From an uncultured Eubacteriales bacterium (lineage in GTDB: Bacteria; Bacillota; Clostridia; Oscillospirales; CAG-382): 64,000 nucleotides of DNA. The notes beneath the pieces were generated by a model. It was given only the letters and a program-made list of their open reading frames with translations, had not been told where the DNA came from and did not search any database. Shown here in pieces: positions 25,992 through 35,503 of the stretch (within the stretch, counting starts at the first letter, position 1; the number at the start of each line of letters is the position of its first letter). Where the stretch lies: contig CAKSOW010000001.1 of NCBI GenBank assembly GCA_934479825.1, forward strand, positions 132,008 through 196,007, written 5' to 3'. A program made the translations under genes and the position numbers.

Positions 25992-26477
25992 ATGGTATTT
26001 GTGACAAACGAAACGAAAGAATCGACCGTGTTGCGATCGTTTATCATGACAGATCGCATTCATCGGCGTTTGTTTGAAAAAAAGATGGCAAGTATCGGCG
26101 TTCACCGCAGTCAACACCGTATTCTCATGTATCTTTTCAAAAAGCAGCCGGAAGCTCCGTCTCAAAAGGAGATTGCCGAACAGTTTGATATCAGTCCGGC
26201 GGCCATTGCGGTGACTCTGAAAAAGCTCGAAAATGCCGGCTACATCACGCGCACATCTCCTCAAAACGATAACCGCGTCAATACGGTTATCGCAACCGAC
26301 AAGGCGCGTGCGGTAGTGGAAAAAACGCGTGAGTATTCCGAAGAACTGGAAAAGGTCATTTTTGCCGGTTTTTCTGATGAAGAATTGAACGCTTTTGAGA
26401 AATCCCTTGAAAAAATGCAAAAAGCCATGCGGCAATATGAAGAAGAGACCAAACCGGAAGGAGAAACCGCACAGTGA
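25992..26477 (+). CDS. MarR-family transcriptional regulator
   Basis: Winged-helix region SQKEIAEQFDISPAAIAVTLKKLENAGYITRTSPQNDNRVNTVIATDKA. Stop overlaps the GTG start of the next gene. Confidence 0.9.
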   Translation: MVFVTNETKESTVLRSFIMTDRIHRRLFEKKMASIGVHRSQHRILMYLFKKQPEAPSQKEIAEQFDISPAAIAVTLKKLENAGYITRTSPQNDNRVNTVIATDKARAVVEKTREYSEELEKVIFAGFSDEELNAFEKSLEKMQKAMRQYEEETKPEGETAQ

Positions 26478-28222
26478 AACGATGGCTTGAATATGTAAAA
26501 CCCTACACGCTCTATTTTATTTTAGGGCCGATCTGCATGCTTGTAGAGGTCGCCGGCGAAATCTTTATGCCGATGTTCCTTGGCAAGATCATCAATGCAG
26601 GCGTGGACGGAACCTTAACTGTCCAAAAAAGTTTGCTCTATATGTCGCTTATGATCCTTACGGCGCTTCTCATGATGGCCGGGGGCGTGGGCGGCGCGTA
26701 TTTCGGCGCAAAAGCCTCTGTCAACTACTCGTCCGACGTAAGACGCGACGTATATAAAAAGGTACAGGAATTTTCCTTTGCCAACATTGATAAGTTTTCT
26801 ACGGGTTCGCTTGTAACGCGTTTAACCAACGATATCACCCAGATTCAGAACTTTGTCAACACGCTCTTGCGTATGTGCTTGCGTTCGCCGGGAATCCTGA
26901 TTGGCGCGCTGATCATGTCGATCTCCCTTCGGCCCTCGCTTTCGGTGGTGTTTGCCGTTACGATCCCGATCATGCTGGTCACCATTCTTTTGATTGTCAA
27001 AGTCGGTTTTCCGCGTTTCTCCCGTATGCAGACCAAGGTGGATAAATTGAACTCGACCGTTCAAGAGAGCGTTACCAATGTGCGCGTTGTGAAATCGTTC
27101 GTGCGCGAGGACTATGAAATCCAAAAGTTTGAAAACGCAAACAGTGATTTGAAAAAATCCGGCATTTCAGCCATGAACGTTATGATTTTAACAGGTCCTT
27201 TCATGACGCTGTTTATGAATATTACGACGGCGGCCGTAGTTTGGATTGGTGCGAAGCTCGTTATGGGCGGCGGCGCAGATGCCATGCCGGCCGGAGACCT
27301 TTCGCAGTTTATCAGCTATGTCAACCAGATCTTAATGTCTCTCATGATGTTGACCATGATGTTTATGATGTCCTCGCGTGCTATTGCAAGCGCAAGACGT
27401 GTTGCGGAAGTGCTTGATGAAAAGCCGGATATCAGTGACCTTACGGCCGCTGAGAAAGAACGGACGATCCAGCACGGCGATGTTGAGTTCAAGCACGTTA
27501 CGTTCCGTTATTATAAGAACAGCGAGGACAGCGTGTTGGAGGATATCAATCTGAAAATCAAAGCCGGAACCGTAGTCGGTATTATCGGTTCGACCGGATG
27601 CGGAAAAACAACGCTTGTGTCTTTGATTCCGCGCCTGTACGATACCGATAAAGGCGAAGTGTTGGTAGATGGCGTCAATGTAAAAGATTACAGCTTACAC
27701 AACCTGCGCGAAGGTGTGGGTATGGTGTTACAAAAGAACGTGCTGTTTTCCGGTACGATTGAAGATAACCTTCGCTGGGGCGATCAGAACGCATCCGAAG
27801 CTGAAATTGAAGCAGCTGCGGCAAGTGCCCAAGCCGACACATTTGTCAAGAGCTTTTCCGACGGATATCAGACCGAACTCGAACAGGGCGGTGTAAACGT
27901 ATCCGGCGGACAGAAACAGCGGCTTTGTATTGCGCGCGCATTGTTGAAAAAACCGAAGATCCTCATTCTCGACGACTCAACCAGCGCGGTCGATACGGCG
28001 ACCGAAGCCAAGATCCGCGAACAGTTCCGCACCGGATTGAAGGATTCGACCAAAATCGTTATTGCCCAACGCATTACTTCTGTTATGGACGCCGATCAGA
28101 TCATCGTCATGAACGACGGCAGGATTACCGGCGTCGGTACGCATGAGGAGTTGTTAGCCGGCAATGAAGAATATAAGGAAATCTACGATTCCCAGATGGA
28201 ACAGAGAAAGAAGGAGGCGTAA
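26474..28222 (+). CDS. ABC exporter, fused permease/ATPase subunit (heterodimeric multidrug-type, subunit 1)
   Basis: Six-TM N-terminal domain. Walker A GSTGCGKTT, signature VSGGQKQR, Walker B ILILDDSTSAVD. Confidence 0.9.
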   Translation: MKRWLEYVKPYTLYFILGPICMLVEVAGEIFMPMFLGKIINAGVDGTLTVQKSLLYMSLMILTALLMMAGGVGGAYFGAKASVNYSSDVRRDVYKKVQEFSFANIDKFSTGSLVTRLTNDITQIQNFVNTLLRMCLRSPGILIGALIMSISLRPSLSVVFAVTIPIMLVTILLIVKVGFPRFSRMQTKVDKLNSTVQESVTNVRVVKSFVREDYEIQKFENANSDLKKSGISAMNVMILTGPFMTLFMNITTAAVVWIGAKLVMGGGADAMPAGDLSQFISYVNQILMSLMMLTMMFMMSSRAIASARRVAEVLDEKPDISDLTAAEKERTIQHGDVEFKHVTFRYYKNSEDSVLEDINLKIKAGTVVGIIGSTGCGKTTLVSLIPRLYDTDKGEVLVDGVNVKDYSLHNLREGVGMVLQKNVLFSGTIEDNLRWGDQNASEAEIEAAAASAQADTFVKSFSDGYQTELEQGGVNVSGGQKQRLCIARALLKKPKILILDDSTSAVDTATEAKIREQFRTGLKDSTKIVIAQRITSVMDADQIIVMNDGRITGVGTHEELLAGNEEYKEIYDSQMEQRKKEA

Positions 28223-28224
28223 AT

Positions 28225-30201
28225 ATGGCACGAAATCTGCAAGAACTGCAAAAGCAGTATAATTCCTCCGCCTCCGCAGAAAAAAGAGGTATGCCCATGA
28301 TGCGAGGTCCGGGTGGCCCGCGCGGAATGGGGAAGGGCAAACCGAAAAACACAAAAAACACGATCAAACGACTGTTTACCTACGTCGGACGCTATAAGAT
28401 TCAGCTTATCTGCGTACTGTTTCTCATGCTGATCAGCACGGTTACAAGCCTTATCGGGTCATTCATGCTTGCGCCGATCATCAATAAGCTTGTTCTTTAT
28501 GTTTCGCCCAATGACGGCGCAAAGCTCAGCCTTATGGAGCGTTTCTCGGACAATGTCATCTCTTCGTTCGCCGATAGAATAAGCGGTTCGCTTGAATCCA
28601 TTGCCGCAAAATACGAATTCGGTGCGGTTATGGTTTATATCGCTGCGGCGCTTGTGATTTTAATCGGCGTATATCTTGTCGGCGTTGTGGCTACCTATCT
28701 GCAAAACCGTCTGATGCTTGCCGTGTCGCAGGGAACGCTTGAAAAGATACGCAACGACCTGTTTGCCAAAATACAGAAATTGCCGGTTCGCTTCTATGAC
28801 AACAACCCGACCGGCGAAATCATGAGCCGTTTTACCAACGATGTCGATAACATCGGCACGATGCTTGATAACTCGCTTGTGTCTGTCATTTCCGGCGCTG
28901 TGACGCTTATCGGCACGCTGTTCTTTATGATTTCCACGAATCTCGTTCTGACGCTTGTTACGGTCGTGTTTGTACCGATTTTTGCCAAAGGCGGCATGTT
29001 CATCGCCGGTAAGAGCCGCAAGTATTATACCGGTCAACAGGCAGCTTTGGGTGCGGTGAACGGCTATATCGAAGAAACCGTAACCGGACAGAAAGTCATC
29101 AAGGTCTTTAATCACGAAGAAGACTCCGTAGAAGAATTCGGCCTTTTGAACGACGATTTACGTGATAAGCAGTTCAAGGCGCAGTTCTATGGCGGTATTA
29201 TGGGGCCTATTATGGGGAACACCTCGCAGGTCAGCTATGCGATAACGGTCGGCGTCGGCGGTATCCTCATCTGCACAGGCGGTCTCATGCCGGGCGCGTT
29301 AACGGTTTTCTCCAACTATTCGCGTCAGTTCTCTTTCCCGATCAACAATATCTCCCAACAGATGAGCACAGTCTTTTCGGCGTTAGCCGGTGCTGAGCGC
29401 GTCTTTAATATCATCGATATGGAAGAAGAACCTGCCGATGTTCCGGACGCTTCGGACATGAAAGATATGAAAGGCTATGTGGAATTAAAAGATGTTACGT
29501 TTGGGTATAATCCGGACAAAACCATTTTGAGACACATTTCGCTCTATGCAAAACCGGGTCAGAAGATTGCTTTTGTCGGTTCGACCGGTGCAGGGAAAAC
29601 GACCATAACCAACCTCTTGAATCGTTTTTATGATATTGATTCCGGTGAGATTACCATTGACGGCGTCAATATCCGCGATATCCGGTTGAAAGAGTTGAGA
29701 AAGCATATTGCCATGGTTTTGCAGGATACGCATTTGTTCACCGGAACAGTCAGAGAGAATATTCGCTACGGCCGGCTTGACGCAACGGATGAAGAGGTGG
29801 TCGAAGCCGCAAAAACGGCAAGCGCACACAGCTTTATCATGCGCTTGGAAAACGGCTATGACACCATGATTGAGGGCGACGGCGCCAATCTTTCGCAAGG
29901 ACAGCGGCAGTTGCTCAACATTGCCCGTGCCGCTATCAGCAAAGCGCCGATTTTGGTGCTTGATGAAGCGACCAGTTCGGTTGATACGCGTACAGAACGT
30001 CATATTGAGCACGGTATGGATCGTCTGATGAGTAACCGCACTACTTTTGTTATTGCCCATCGGCTTTCGACGGTTCGTAATGCGGATGCCATTATGGTAC
30101 TGGAAAAGGGAGAAATTATCGAGCGCGGCAATCACGATGATCTTCTTGCCTTAAAAGGACGGTACTACGAACTGTATACCGGAAAGAAAGAATTGGACTA
30201 A
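28225..30201 (+). CDS. ABC exporter, fused permease/ATPase subunit (subunit 2)
   Basis: AAGGAGG RBS. Walker A GSTGAGKTT, signature LSQGQRQL, Walker B ILVLDEATSSVD. Confidence 0.9.
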   Translation: MARNLQELQKQYNSSASAEKRGMPMMRGPGGPRGMGKGKPKNTKNTIKRLFTYVGRYKIQLICVLFLMLISTVTSLIGSFMLAPIINKLVLYVSPNDGAKLSLMERFSDNVISSFADRISGSLESIAAKYEFGAVMVYIAAALVILIGVYLVGVVATYLQNRLMLAVSQGTLEKIRNDLFAKIQKLPVRFYDNNPTGEIMSRFTNDVDNIGTMLDNSLVSVISGAVTLIGTLFFMISTNLVLTLVTVVFVPIFAKGGMFIAGKSRKYYTGQQAALGAVNGYIEETVTGQKVIKVFNHEEDSVEEFGLLNDDLRDKQFKAQFYGGIMGPIMGNTSQVSYAITVGVGGILICTGGLMPGALTVFSNYSRQFSFPINNISQQMSTVFSALAGAERVFNIIDMEEEPADVPDASDMKDMKGYVELKDVTFGYNPDKTILRHISLYAKPGQKIAFVGSTGAGKTTITNLLNRFYDIDSGEITIDGVNIRDIRLKELRKHIAMVLQDTHLFTGTVRENIRYGRLDATDEEVVEAAKTASAHSFIMRLENGYDTMIEGDGANLSQGQRQLLNIARAAISKAPILVLDEATSSVDTRTERHIEHGMDRLMSNRTTFVIAHRLSTVRNADAIMVLEKGEIIERGNHDDLLALKGRYYELYTGKKELD

Positions 30202-30224
30202 TGCTTGGCTTTCCTTAAAACAGA

Positions 30225-30313
30225 ACACGGCTCTTCTTAAAAGCAAGGCTTAGTGAAAAGATGAATTTTGACGCGAGGCGGTCTGAATATGCAGACTGTC
30301 TCGCGTCCTTTTA
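30225..30313. repeat. Degenerate monomeric copy (E) of the palindromic repeat module; acts as the ABC-operon terminator
   Basis: Degenerate H2 (CGGCTCTTCTTAAAAGCAAGGC), spacer TTAGTGAAAAGATGAATTTT, H1 hairpin GACGCGAGGCGGTCTGAATATGCAGACTGTCTCGCGTC (30270..30307), then CTTTTAT. Confidence 0.6.
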
Positions 30314-30613
30314 TATGTACTTGGTCTTTTCTGGCATGCGTTTGTGCTTGAAAAAGGGGAGGAGGTCGGGGGTAAGATTGCATATCTGTCAAATTTCATA
30401 GGGAAAATATAGGCAACTTGCATAAATTGTAAAGAAATCTGTCGATTTTTTGGAAAACCGCCGTCTTTTGTGATTTTACAAGATATTGTGGTTGACGGAA
30501 AGAAAAAAACGTATATCTTGTCCTTTGCGAATCCGGTTTCTTGGGTTTACATAATTACGTTTACATAACTTATTGTCATAATTTACGAAAATACGGAATC
30601 TTCATCAAACCCC

Positions 30614-30642
30614 TTGAATTTCAAACGAAAATGTAGTATGAT
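30614..30642 (+). promoter_or_regulatory. Putative proC promoter (TTGAAT-N17-TATGAT)
   Basis: TTGAAT at 30614..30619, TATGAT at 30637..30642. Confidence 0.45.
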
Positions 30643-30728
30643 ATTAGCAGTAGAAATGTTCACGACAAATGCGTCGCAGTGCAGAATGATTTGCATTGCG
30701 CTTTTATTTGCCCTAAGTCCAGAAAGGT

Positions 30729-31538
30729 GTGTTCTCTTTGCGTCTTACCTCTATCGGCGCCGGCAACATGGCGACAGCAATTATCCGTTCGGTAATTTCT
30801 TCCGGCCGCATTAAAGCAGGCGATATAACCGTTTATGATATAAAACCCGACAAATATCCGGCTTTTGCCGAACTTGGCGTAAACTGTGCCGATTCGGTTC
30901 ACGAAGCGGTAAATGCGTCCGAAGTGGTTTTGCTTGCCGTCAAACCGCAGGATTATGAAAACGTACTTACCGGCATCAAGGATACCGTGGCCGGTCAGAA
31001 GAAAGTCTTTATTTCGATTGCCGCCGCCATTTCCACTTCCTACATCTGCAAGACATTAGACGCTGATTTTCCCGTCGTGCGTGTTATGCCGAACACGCCG
31101 CTTCTCATCGGTTGCGGCGCGACAGCCATATCCAGAAACAGCGCGGTAGACGACCGCTTATATACGAAGATCTGCGGCCTTTTTGCTGCCTCCGGCAGTG
31201 TCGTTTCTCTTCCGGAGGAGCAGATGAATGCGGTCATTTCGGTCAATTCTTCCAGCCCCGCCTATGTATATCTGTTTGCCAAGGCTATGATCGACAATGC
31301 CGTCATGCAGGGAATTGAGCATGATGTTGCAAAAGACCTTGTTTTCCAAACGTTAAAAGGCTCTGCTGAGATGTTGATTCACAGCAAACTTGACCCAGAT
31401 GAACTAATTCGCATGGTTGCTTCTCCCAAAGGAACAACCGAGGCATCGTTAAAGAGTTTTGAGAAAGACAATTTCTGTGAAATTGTTTCCAATGCCATGA
31501 ATGCCTGCACCGCAAGAGCCGAAGAAATCGCACGGTAA
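30729..31538 (+). CDS. proC: Pyrroline-5-carboxylate reductase
   Basis: IGAGNMATAII Rossmann motif, VVLLAVKPQD, RVMPNTP, SPKGTTEA. Start is GTG 30729 or TTG 30738. Confidence 0.9.
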   Translation: MFSLRLTSIGAGNMATAIIRSVISSGRIKAGDITVYDIKPDKYPAFAELGVNCADSVHEAVNASEVVLLAVKPQDYENVLTGIKDTVAGQKKVFISIAAAISTSYICKTLDADFPVVRVMPNTPLLIGCGATAISRNSAVDDRLYTKICGLFAASGSVVSLPEEQMNAVISVNSSSPAYVYLFAKAMIDNAVMQGIEHDVAKDLVFQTLKGSAEMLIHSKLDPDELIRMVASPKGTTEASLKSFEKDNFCEIVSNAMNACTARAEEIAR

Positions 31539-31569
31539 TTTCTATTTTTATTTAAGGAGCTTTTCGAGC

Positions 31570-32463
31570 ATGACGCACGTTAAAACGGTAGACGACTTTT
31601 TGTCGTACCTTGCGCTTTCCAAGGGCGCGTCCCGTAATACCGTTTCCGCCTATCAGAGAGATCTGACAGGCTTTGCTGCGTTTGTCTCGGAAATCCCTGC
31701 GGACATCTTAACCGTAAGCGGCGAAGAAATTGCGGCCTATAAAAAGCATTTAGCACAAAAAGGTTTTTCTGCTTCTTCCGTGTCACGCGCCATGTCGTCT
31801 GTACGAAGTTTTTATAAATATCTGCTTGTCGGCGGCGTGATCCATGAAAATCCGGCGCGTACCGTTAAGAATGATAAAGTCGAAAAAAAGGCTTTTGAAA
31901 TACTGACGGCAAAAGAAATTGAATTATTGCTCGCCCAGCCGGATACAACCGAGATCAAAGGAATCCGCGACAAAGCTATGTTAGAAATGATGTATGCGAC
32001 CGGAATGAAAGTTACCGAGTTGATTTCGCTTGATGTAACCGACCTGAATCTGGTTCTCGGCTTTGTTGTCTGCCATGGGGAGGGCGCCAAACAGCACGAC
32101 CGCACGATTTTCCTATATCCGACTGCGGTTTCCGCGCTCAAAGAATATCTGACTGCTTCCCGCTGTTTTCTCGTAACCGACGAGGATAATGCCTTGTTTG
32201 TCAATATCGGCGGCACGCGTATGACACGTCAGGGGTTCTGGAAGATCTTGAAAGGTTATGCCGCCTCTGCCGGAATCTCCAAAACAATCACTCCACACAC
32301 CCTCCGCCATTCCTTTGCGACGCATCTGTTGGAAAACGGTGCGGATATCCATGATATCAAAGAAATTCTCGGACATGCGGATATTTCTTCGACCCAGGTA
32401 TACGCCGACTACATAAAAAAACGCATGAAAGATTCCTATTTGAAGTTTCACCCAAGAGCATAG
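31570..32463 (+). CDS. xerD: Tyrosine recombinase XerD/XerC family
   Basis: Start MTHVKTVDDF after an AAGGAG RBS. RNTVSAYQRDL. Catalytic HTLRHSFATHLLENGADIHDIKEILGHADISSTQVY. Confidence 0.8.
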   Translation: MTHVKTVDDFLSYLALSKGASRNTVSAYQRDLTGFAAFVSEIPADILTVSGEEIAAYKKHLAQKGFSASSVSRAMSSVRSFYKYLLVGGVIHENPARTVKNDKVEKKAFEILTAKEIELLLAQPDTTEIKGIRDKAMLEMMYATGMKVTELISLDVTDLNLVLGFVVCHGEGAKQHDRTIFLYPTAVSALKEYLTASRCFLVTDEDNALFVNIGGTRMTRQGFWKILKGYAASAGISKTITPHTLRHSFATHLLENGADIHDIKEILGHADISSTQVYADYIKKRMKDSYLKFHPRA

Positions 32464-32513
32464 CATAGGTTACATAGTTTTCACATCAAATTCATATTTT
32501 TGGCTTATAATAA

Positions 32514-32550
32514 ATGCATCCTATCTTGTGTGGGATGCATTGCTCTTTTT
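32514..32550 (+). terminator. Intrinsic terminator after xerD
   Basis: ATGCATCC...GGATGCAT stem followed by TGCTCTTTTT. Confidence 0.6.
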
Positions 32551-32594
32551 AGGCAGATTTTGTCTGAAAAAAGCGCGTATGAAAGGACTTTTTC

Positions 32595-33644
32595 ATGAAA
32601 AAATTTAAGCTTTTCAGCTATGACCCTCCTAAAAAAGGCGTTCAGAAAGACGATGAACGCGCGTCGGTACAAACAGATTTTTTCGGCTTTTTTACGATGT
32701 ACGGCCGCAAATTCTGGAATTTATCCAATTTGAATCTTTTAATTGCAGTTTACATATTGATTCTTTCGCTCGGCGTATGGAAACTTGCGGCATACCCGGT
32801 AGTATTTTATATTTTCCTCGGCGTCTGCGCGCTTGCATTTGGCATTGTAAACACGGGAGCCGCTTATGTGGTGCGCGGATATGTGCGCGGAGACCCTGTC
32901 TATATACTGTCGGATTTCCGTTATGCAGTCAAGCATAATTTTGTCCAAGGAATGATTTTGGGCGTTATCGATTTGGCTGTTGTTTTGCTTCTTGTATTCG
33001 ATCTGCTGTTTTGGAGCGGCATGGATTTGAATTATTTAACCTCTTATACCGAAGCCATTACCGAAAATACACAAACGGAAATTGCGCCAAACACTGACGC
33101 GGATGACGGGCTTTCGGGTGTTTCATTTGATGACGGTAGAAATTCGGATAAAGATAACGCCGCCGTGCCGGCCGATTCTTCCGTTCTTTCGGAATCAGCA
33201 GATTCCGAAAATCCTGCAAATTCCGCAGAACCCGTTCCGCAGACCAAAGAACGTACTTTCTGGGACGGCGTGTTCTTCTATACCTGCATTTTCTTAATTT
33301 TCCTCTATGGCTTTATGCGTAACTACATGTACTTGATTTTAGTTACCTTTAAGCTGTCTATCTTCAAAATTTTAAAGAATTCATTCATTTTTGCTTTTCT
33401 CGGAATCAAACGGAATCTTGCCGCACTTCTCGGAATAGTCGTTGTCTGCTTTATCAACGTGTACCTGTTTGTGTGGATTCCCCTTGTCGGGCTGACTCTG
33501 CCGTTAATCATCACCACTTCCACGCTGTTTTTTATCGGTGCCTATGCGGCCTATCCGGTTATCAAGAAGTACATGATCACCCCGTATTACAAAGACGAGG
33601 AAGTTTACGAAGAATACGATAAGATTTTCGAGGATCGCGGTTAA
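32595..33644 (+). CDS. DUF624/YesL-like polytopic membrane protein with an acidic low-complexity insertion of about 85 aa
   Basis: FFGFFTMYGRKFWNLSNLNLLIAV... and GAAYVVRGYVRGDPVYILSDFRYAVKHNF resemble YesL-family proteins. The insert TENTQTEIAPNTDADDGLSGVSFDDGRNSDKDNAAVPADSSVLSESADSENPANSAEP splits the TM bundle. Confidence 0.7.
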   Translation: MKKFKLFSYDPPKKGVQKDDERASVQTDFFGFFTMYGRKFWNLSNLNLLIAVYILILSLGVWKLAAYPVVFYIFLGVCALAFGIVNTGAAYVVRGYVRGDPVYILSDFRYAVKHNFVQGMILGVIDLAVVLLLVFDLLFWSGMDLNYLTSYTEAITENTQTEIAPNTDADDGLSGVSFDDGRNSDKDNAAVPADSSVLSESADSENPANSAEPVPQTKERTFWDGVFFYTCIFLIFLYGFMRNYMYLILVTFKLSIFKILKNSFIFAFLGIKRNLAALLGIVVVCFINVYLFVWIPLVGLTLPLIITTSTLFFIGAYAAYPVIKKYMITPYYKDEEVYEEYDKIFEDRG

Positions 33645-33650
33645 AACAAA

Positions 33651-33683
33651 ACAGAGCAGTCGCTTTTTTTGCGACTGCTCTGT
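33651..33683. terminator. Bidirectional intrinsic terminator between convergent genes
   Basis: ACAGAGCAGTCGC-TTTTTTT-GCGACTGCTCTGT, a perfect 13-bp stem flanked by A/T runs. Confidence 0.75.
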
Positions 33684-33705
33684 ATCGACTGTTATAAATT
33701 TCCGG

Positions 33706-34743
33706 TCAATCTTGGCCGGTTTCGTTCCCGTCTTTTTTCGCGAGTCCGACGCGTTTGACGCCGGAGGAAAGGGGATTATTGTTGGCCGCATCAGCTAACT
33801 TCTGCGGACTGACATGTGTGTAAATCTGCGTGGTGGAGAGCTCCTCATGCCCGAGAATATCCTTTAACACGCGTACATCCGTACCGCCGTAGTTGTACAT
33901 GAGCGTTGCCGCGGTGTGCCGGAGCTTGTGTACCGACATACCGAGATTCCCAAGTCCTGCCTCATCCAAATGCTTATATATCAGCCATTGCACGGTTTTA
34001 ACGCTGATACGGTTCTTGTTCCGCGAAATAAACAGCGCGTTCCGGTCGGCATATTGGACATCTTTGGGACGCACTTTTAAATAAGCCTCCAAGGCGTCGC
34101 GGCAAGCGTCATTCAAGAAAATGCGGCGCTCCTTGCTGCCTTTTCCGATAACCGTAAGCGAGCTTTTATCACTGCTTATATCGTTCAAATCGATTCCGCA
34201 AAGTTCGGAAACACGCAGTCCGCAGTTGAGAAACAGCGTAATAATGGCAAAATCCCGTTCGGCATATTTGCCGTCCACCGACGCAAGAAGCGTTTTGGAT
34301 TCGTCAAGCGTCAGGAATTTCGGCAAACGCTTGTCTTTTTTTAAAGATTCGATGTTTTCGGTCGGATTGTAATCAAGCTCCATTACGGTTTTGGTGAGAT
34401 ACTTATAAAACGAACGCAGACACGACAGCTTTCTGGAACGTGAAATTCCTTTGTTGTCAAGCGTTTTCGCGGCATAGGACATAAAATCGTAGATATCGTT
34501 GTTGGTTGCGTCCTTGTATAAGGCGTCGGTTGCATCGGAAAAGGGAATTTCATCAACCGGTATATCTTTATATTTTTCCGGTTGCTTTTTTACAAGAAGA
34601 AAGCGGGAAAATGTCAGAAGATCATGATAATAATTGTAGACCGTCAGTTTGGAACGGTTTTGCACGCCTTCTTTGTAGGCCAAAAAGCGCCGGACATACG
34701 CCGGTGCGTCGCTGTAATCGTAAATATCCGCCATACGTGTCAC
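33706..34743 (-). CDS. Tyrosine recombinase (XerC-like site-specific integrase/recombinase)
   Basis: N-terminal SAM-like core-binding domain (LTVYNYYHDLLTFSRFL, RKLSCLRSFYKYL). Catalytic GLRVSEL, HKLRHTAATLMY, GHEELSTTQIYTHV. Confidence 0.85.
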   Translation of the reverse strand: MTRMADIYDYSDAPAYVRRFLAYKEGVQNRSKLTVYNYYHDLLTFSRFLLVKKQPEKYKDIPVDEIPFSDATDALYKDATNNDIYDFMSYAAKTLDNKGISRSRKLSCLRSFYKYLTKTVMELDYNPTENIESLKKDKRLPKFLTLDESKTLLASVDGKYAERDFAIITLFLNCGLRVSELCGIDLNDISSDKSSLTVIGKGSKERRIFLNDACRDALEAYLKVRPKDVQYADRNALFISRNKNRISVKTVQWLIYKHLDEAGLGNLGMSVHKLRHTAATLMYNYGGTDVRVLKDILGHEELSTTQIYTHVSPQKLADAANNNPLSSGVKRVGLAKKDGNETGQD

Positions 34744-34819
34744 TTCCTTTTACAAACATCAGTATAGCATATTTTTTCTGTTTTGAAAAGAGAAAACTTG
34801 AAATTTCGGAGGAATTTCT

Positions 34820-35431
34820 ATGAGATTAAAAGAACTTTGGAACACAAAAAGCAAAATGATCCGGAAAATGTGGTTAAACCAATTTGCCTTTTCTTTGTTT
34901 GGGCTGTTTGTCGCATCGGCTTTGTCGGGCAGTCTTTGCGTTTTAGCCGGCGTGTTTTCACTTCTGTTCTATCTATCCGTCGTCGGCTTTGCCGTGATTG
35001 ACGACGCACAAAAGGACCGCATTATAAAGAACGCGGGCAGGGGAGATGCTTTAAGCGCGCACACGGGTTTTTCTTACCTGTTTTTGGTCTATCTGCCGAG
35101 TTTTATCTTAATCGGCGCTTACGCAATCTATACTTTTTTTGCCTCTGAACTGGCAGGCGCATTTCACACAGTCTGCTTTTTTATCGTGAAATACCTGCTC
35201 GCCGGAGAAATTCTGGGAATCGATGTCGGACTTACCAATTACACCTACGACACCGTCAATAAAGTGCGTCAGAGTACAGCGTCGCCGGCAATTCTGTTTC
35301 TCAGCGACCACGCATTGTTCCAGATTCTTTTTCTTGTGTTCGCTATGCTCTTGCTTGCCTTGGTATACCGGCTTGCGTTCTGTGGCGTGATTTCTTTCAA
35401 TACAACCGATTCGGCCAAGAAAAACGCATGA
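34820..35431 (+). CDS. Hypothetical integral membrane protein (about 5 TM)
   Basis: GGAGG RBS and hydrophobic segments throughout. No recognisable family. Confidence 0.6.
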   Translation: MRLKELWNTKSKMIRKMWLNQFAFSLFGLFVASALSGSLCVLAGVFSLLFYLSVVGFAVIDDAQKDRIIKNAGRGDALSAHTGFSYLFLVYLPSFILIGAYAIYTFFASELAGAFHTVCFFIVKYLLAGEILGIDVGLTNYTYDTVNKVRQSTASPAILFLSDHALFQILFLVFAMLLLALVYRLAFCGVISFNTTDSAKKNA

Positions 35432-35503
35432 TTTAACCGCAAGCGTCATAAAATGTCCTGTATGAGTATTCAACCGAATTTTTGATACGGACGGTGACGG
35501 ATT

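Noticed and set aside
30314-30613. T-box or other riboswitch upstream of proC in the 400-bp non-coding stretch
   Set aside because: I could not find T-box conserved elements (AGAGA, the GNUGNA-type loop, the T-box 14-mer) or any riboswitch core I recognise. Only the short leader hairpin is reported.
31570-34743. Two convergent tyrosine recombinase genes flanking a membrane-protein gene, considered as an integrative mobile element
   Set aside because: Both look like chromosomal Xer-type recombinases. The surrounding genes are housekeeping (proC, cwlD, radA). I see no attachment-site repeats, excisionase, phage, conjugation or replication genes, and no tRNA target.
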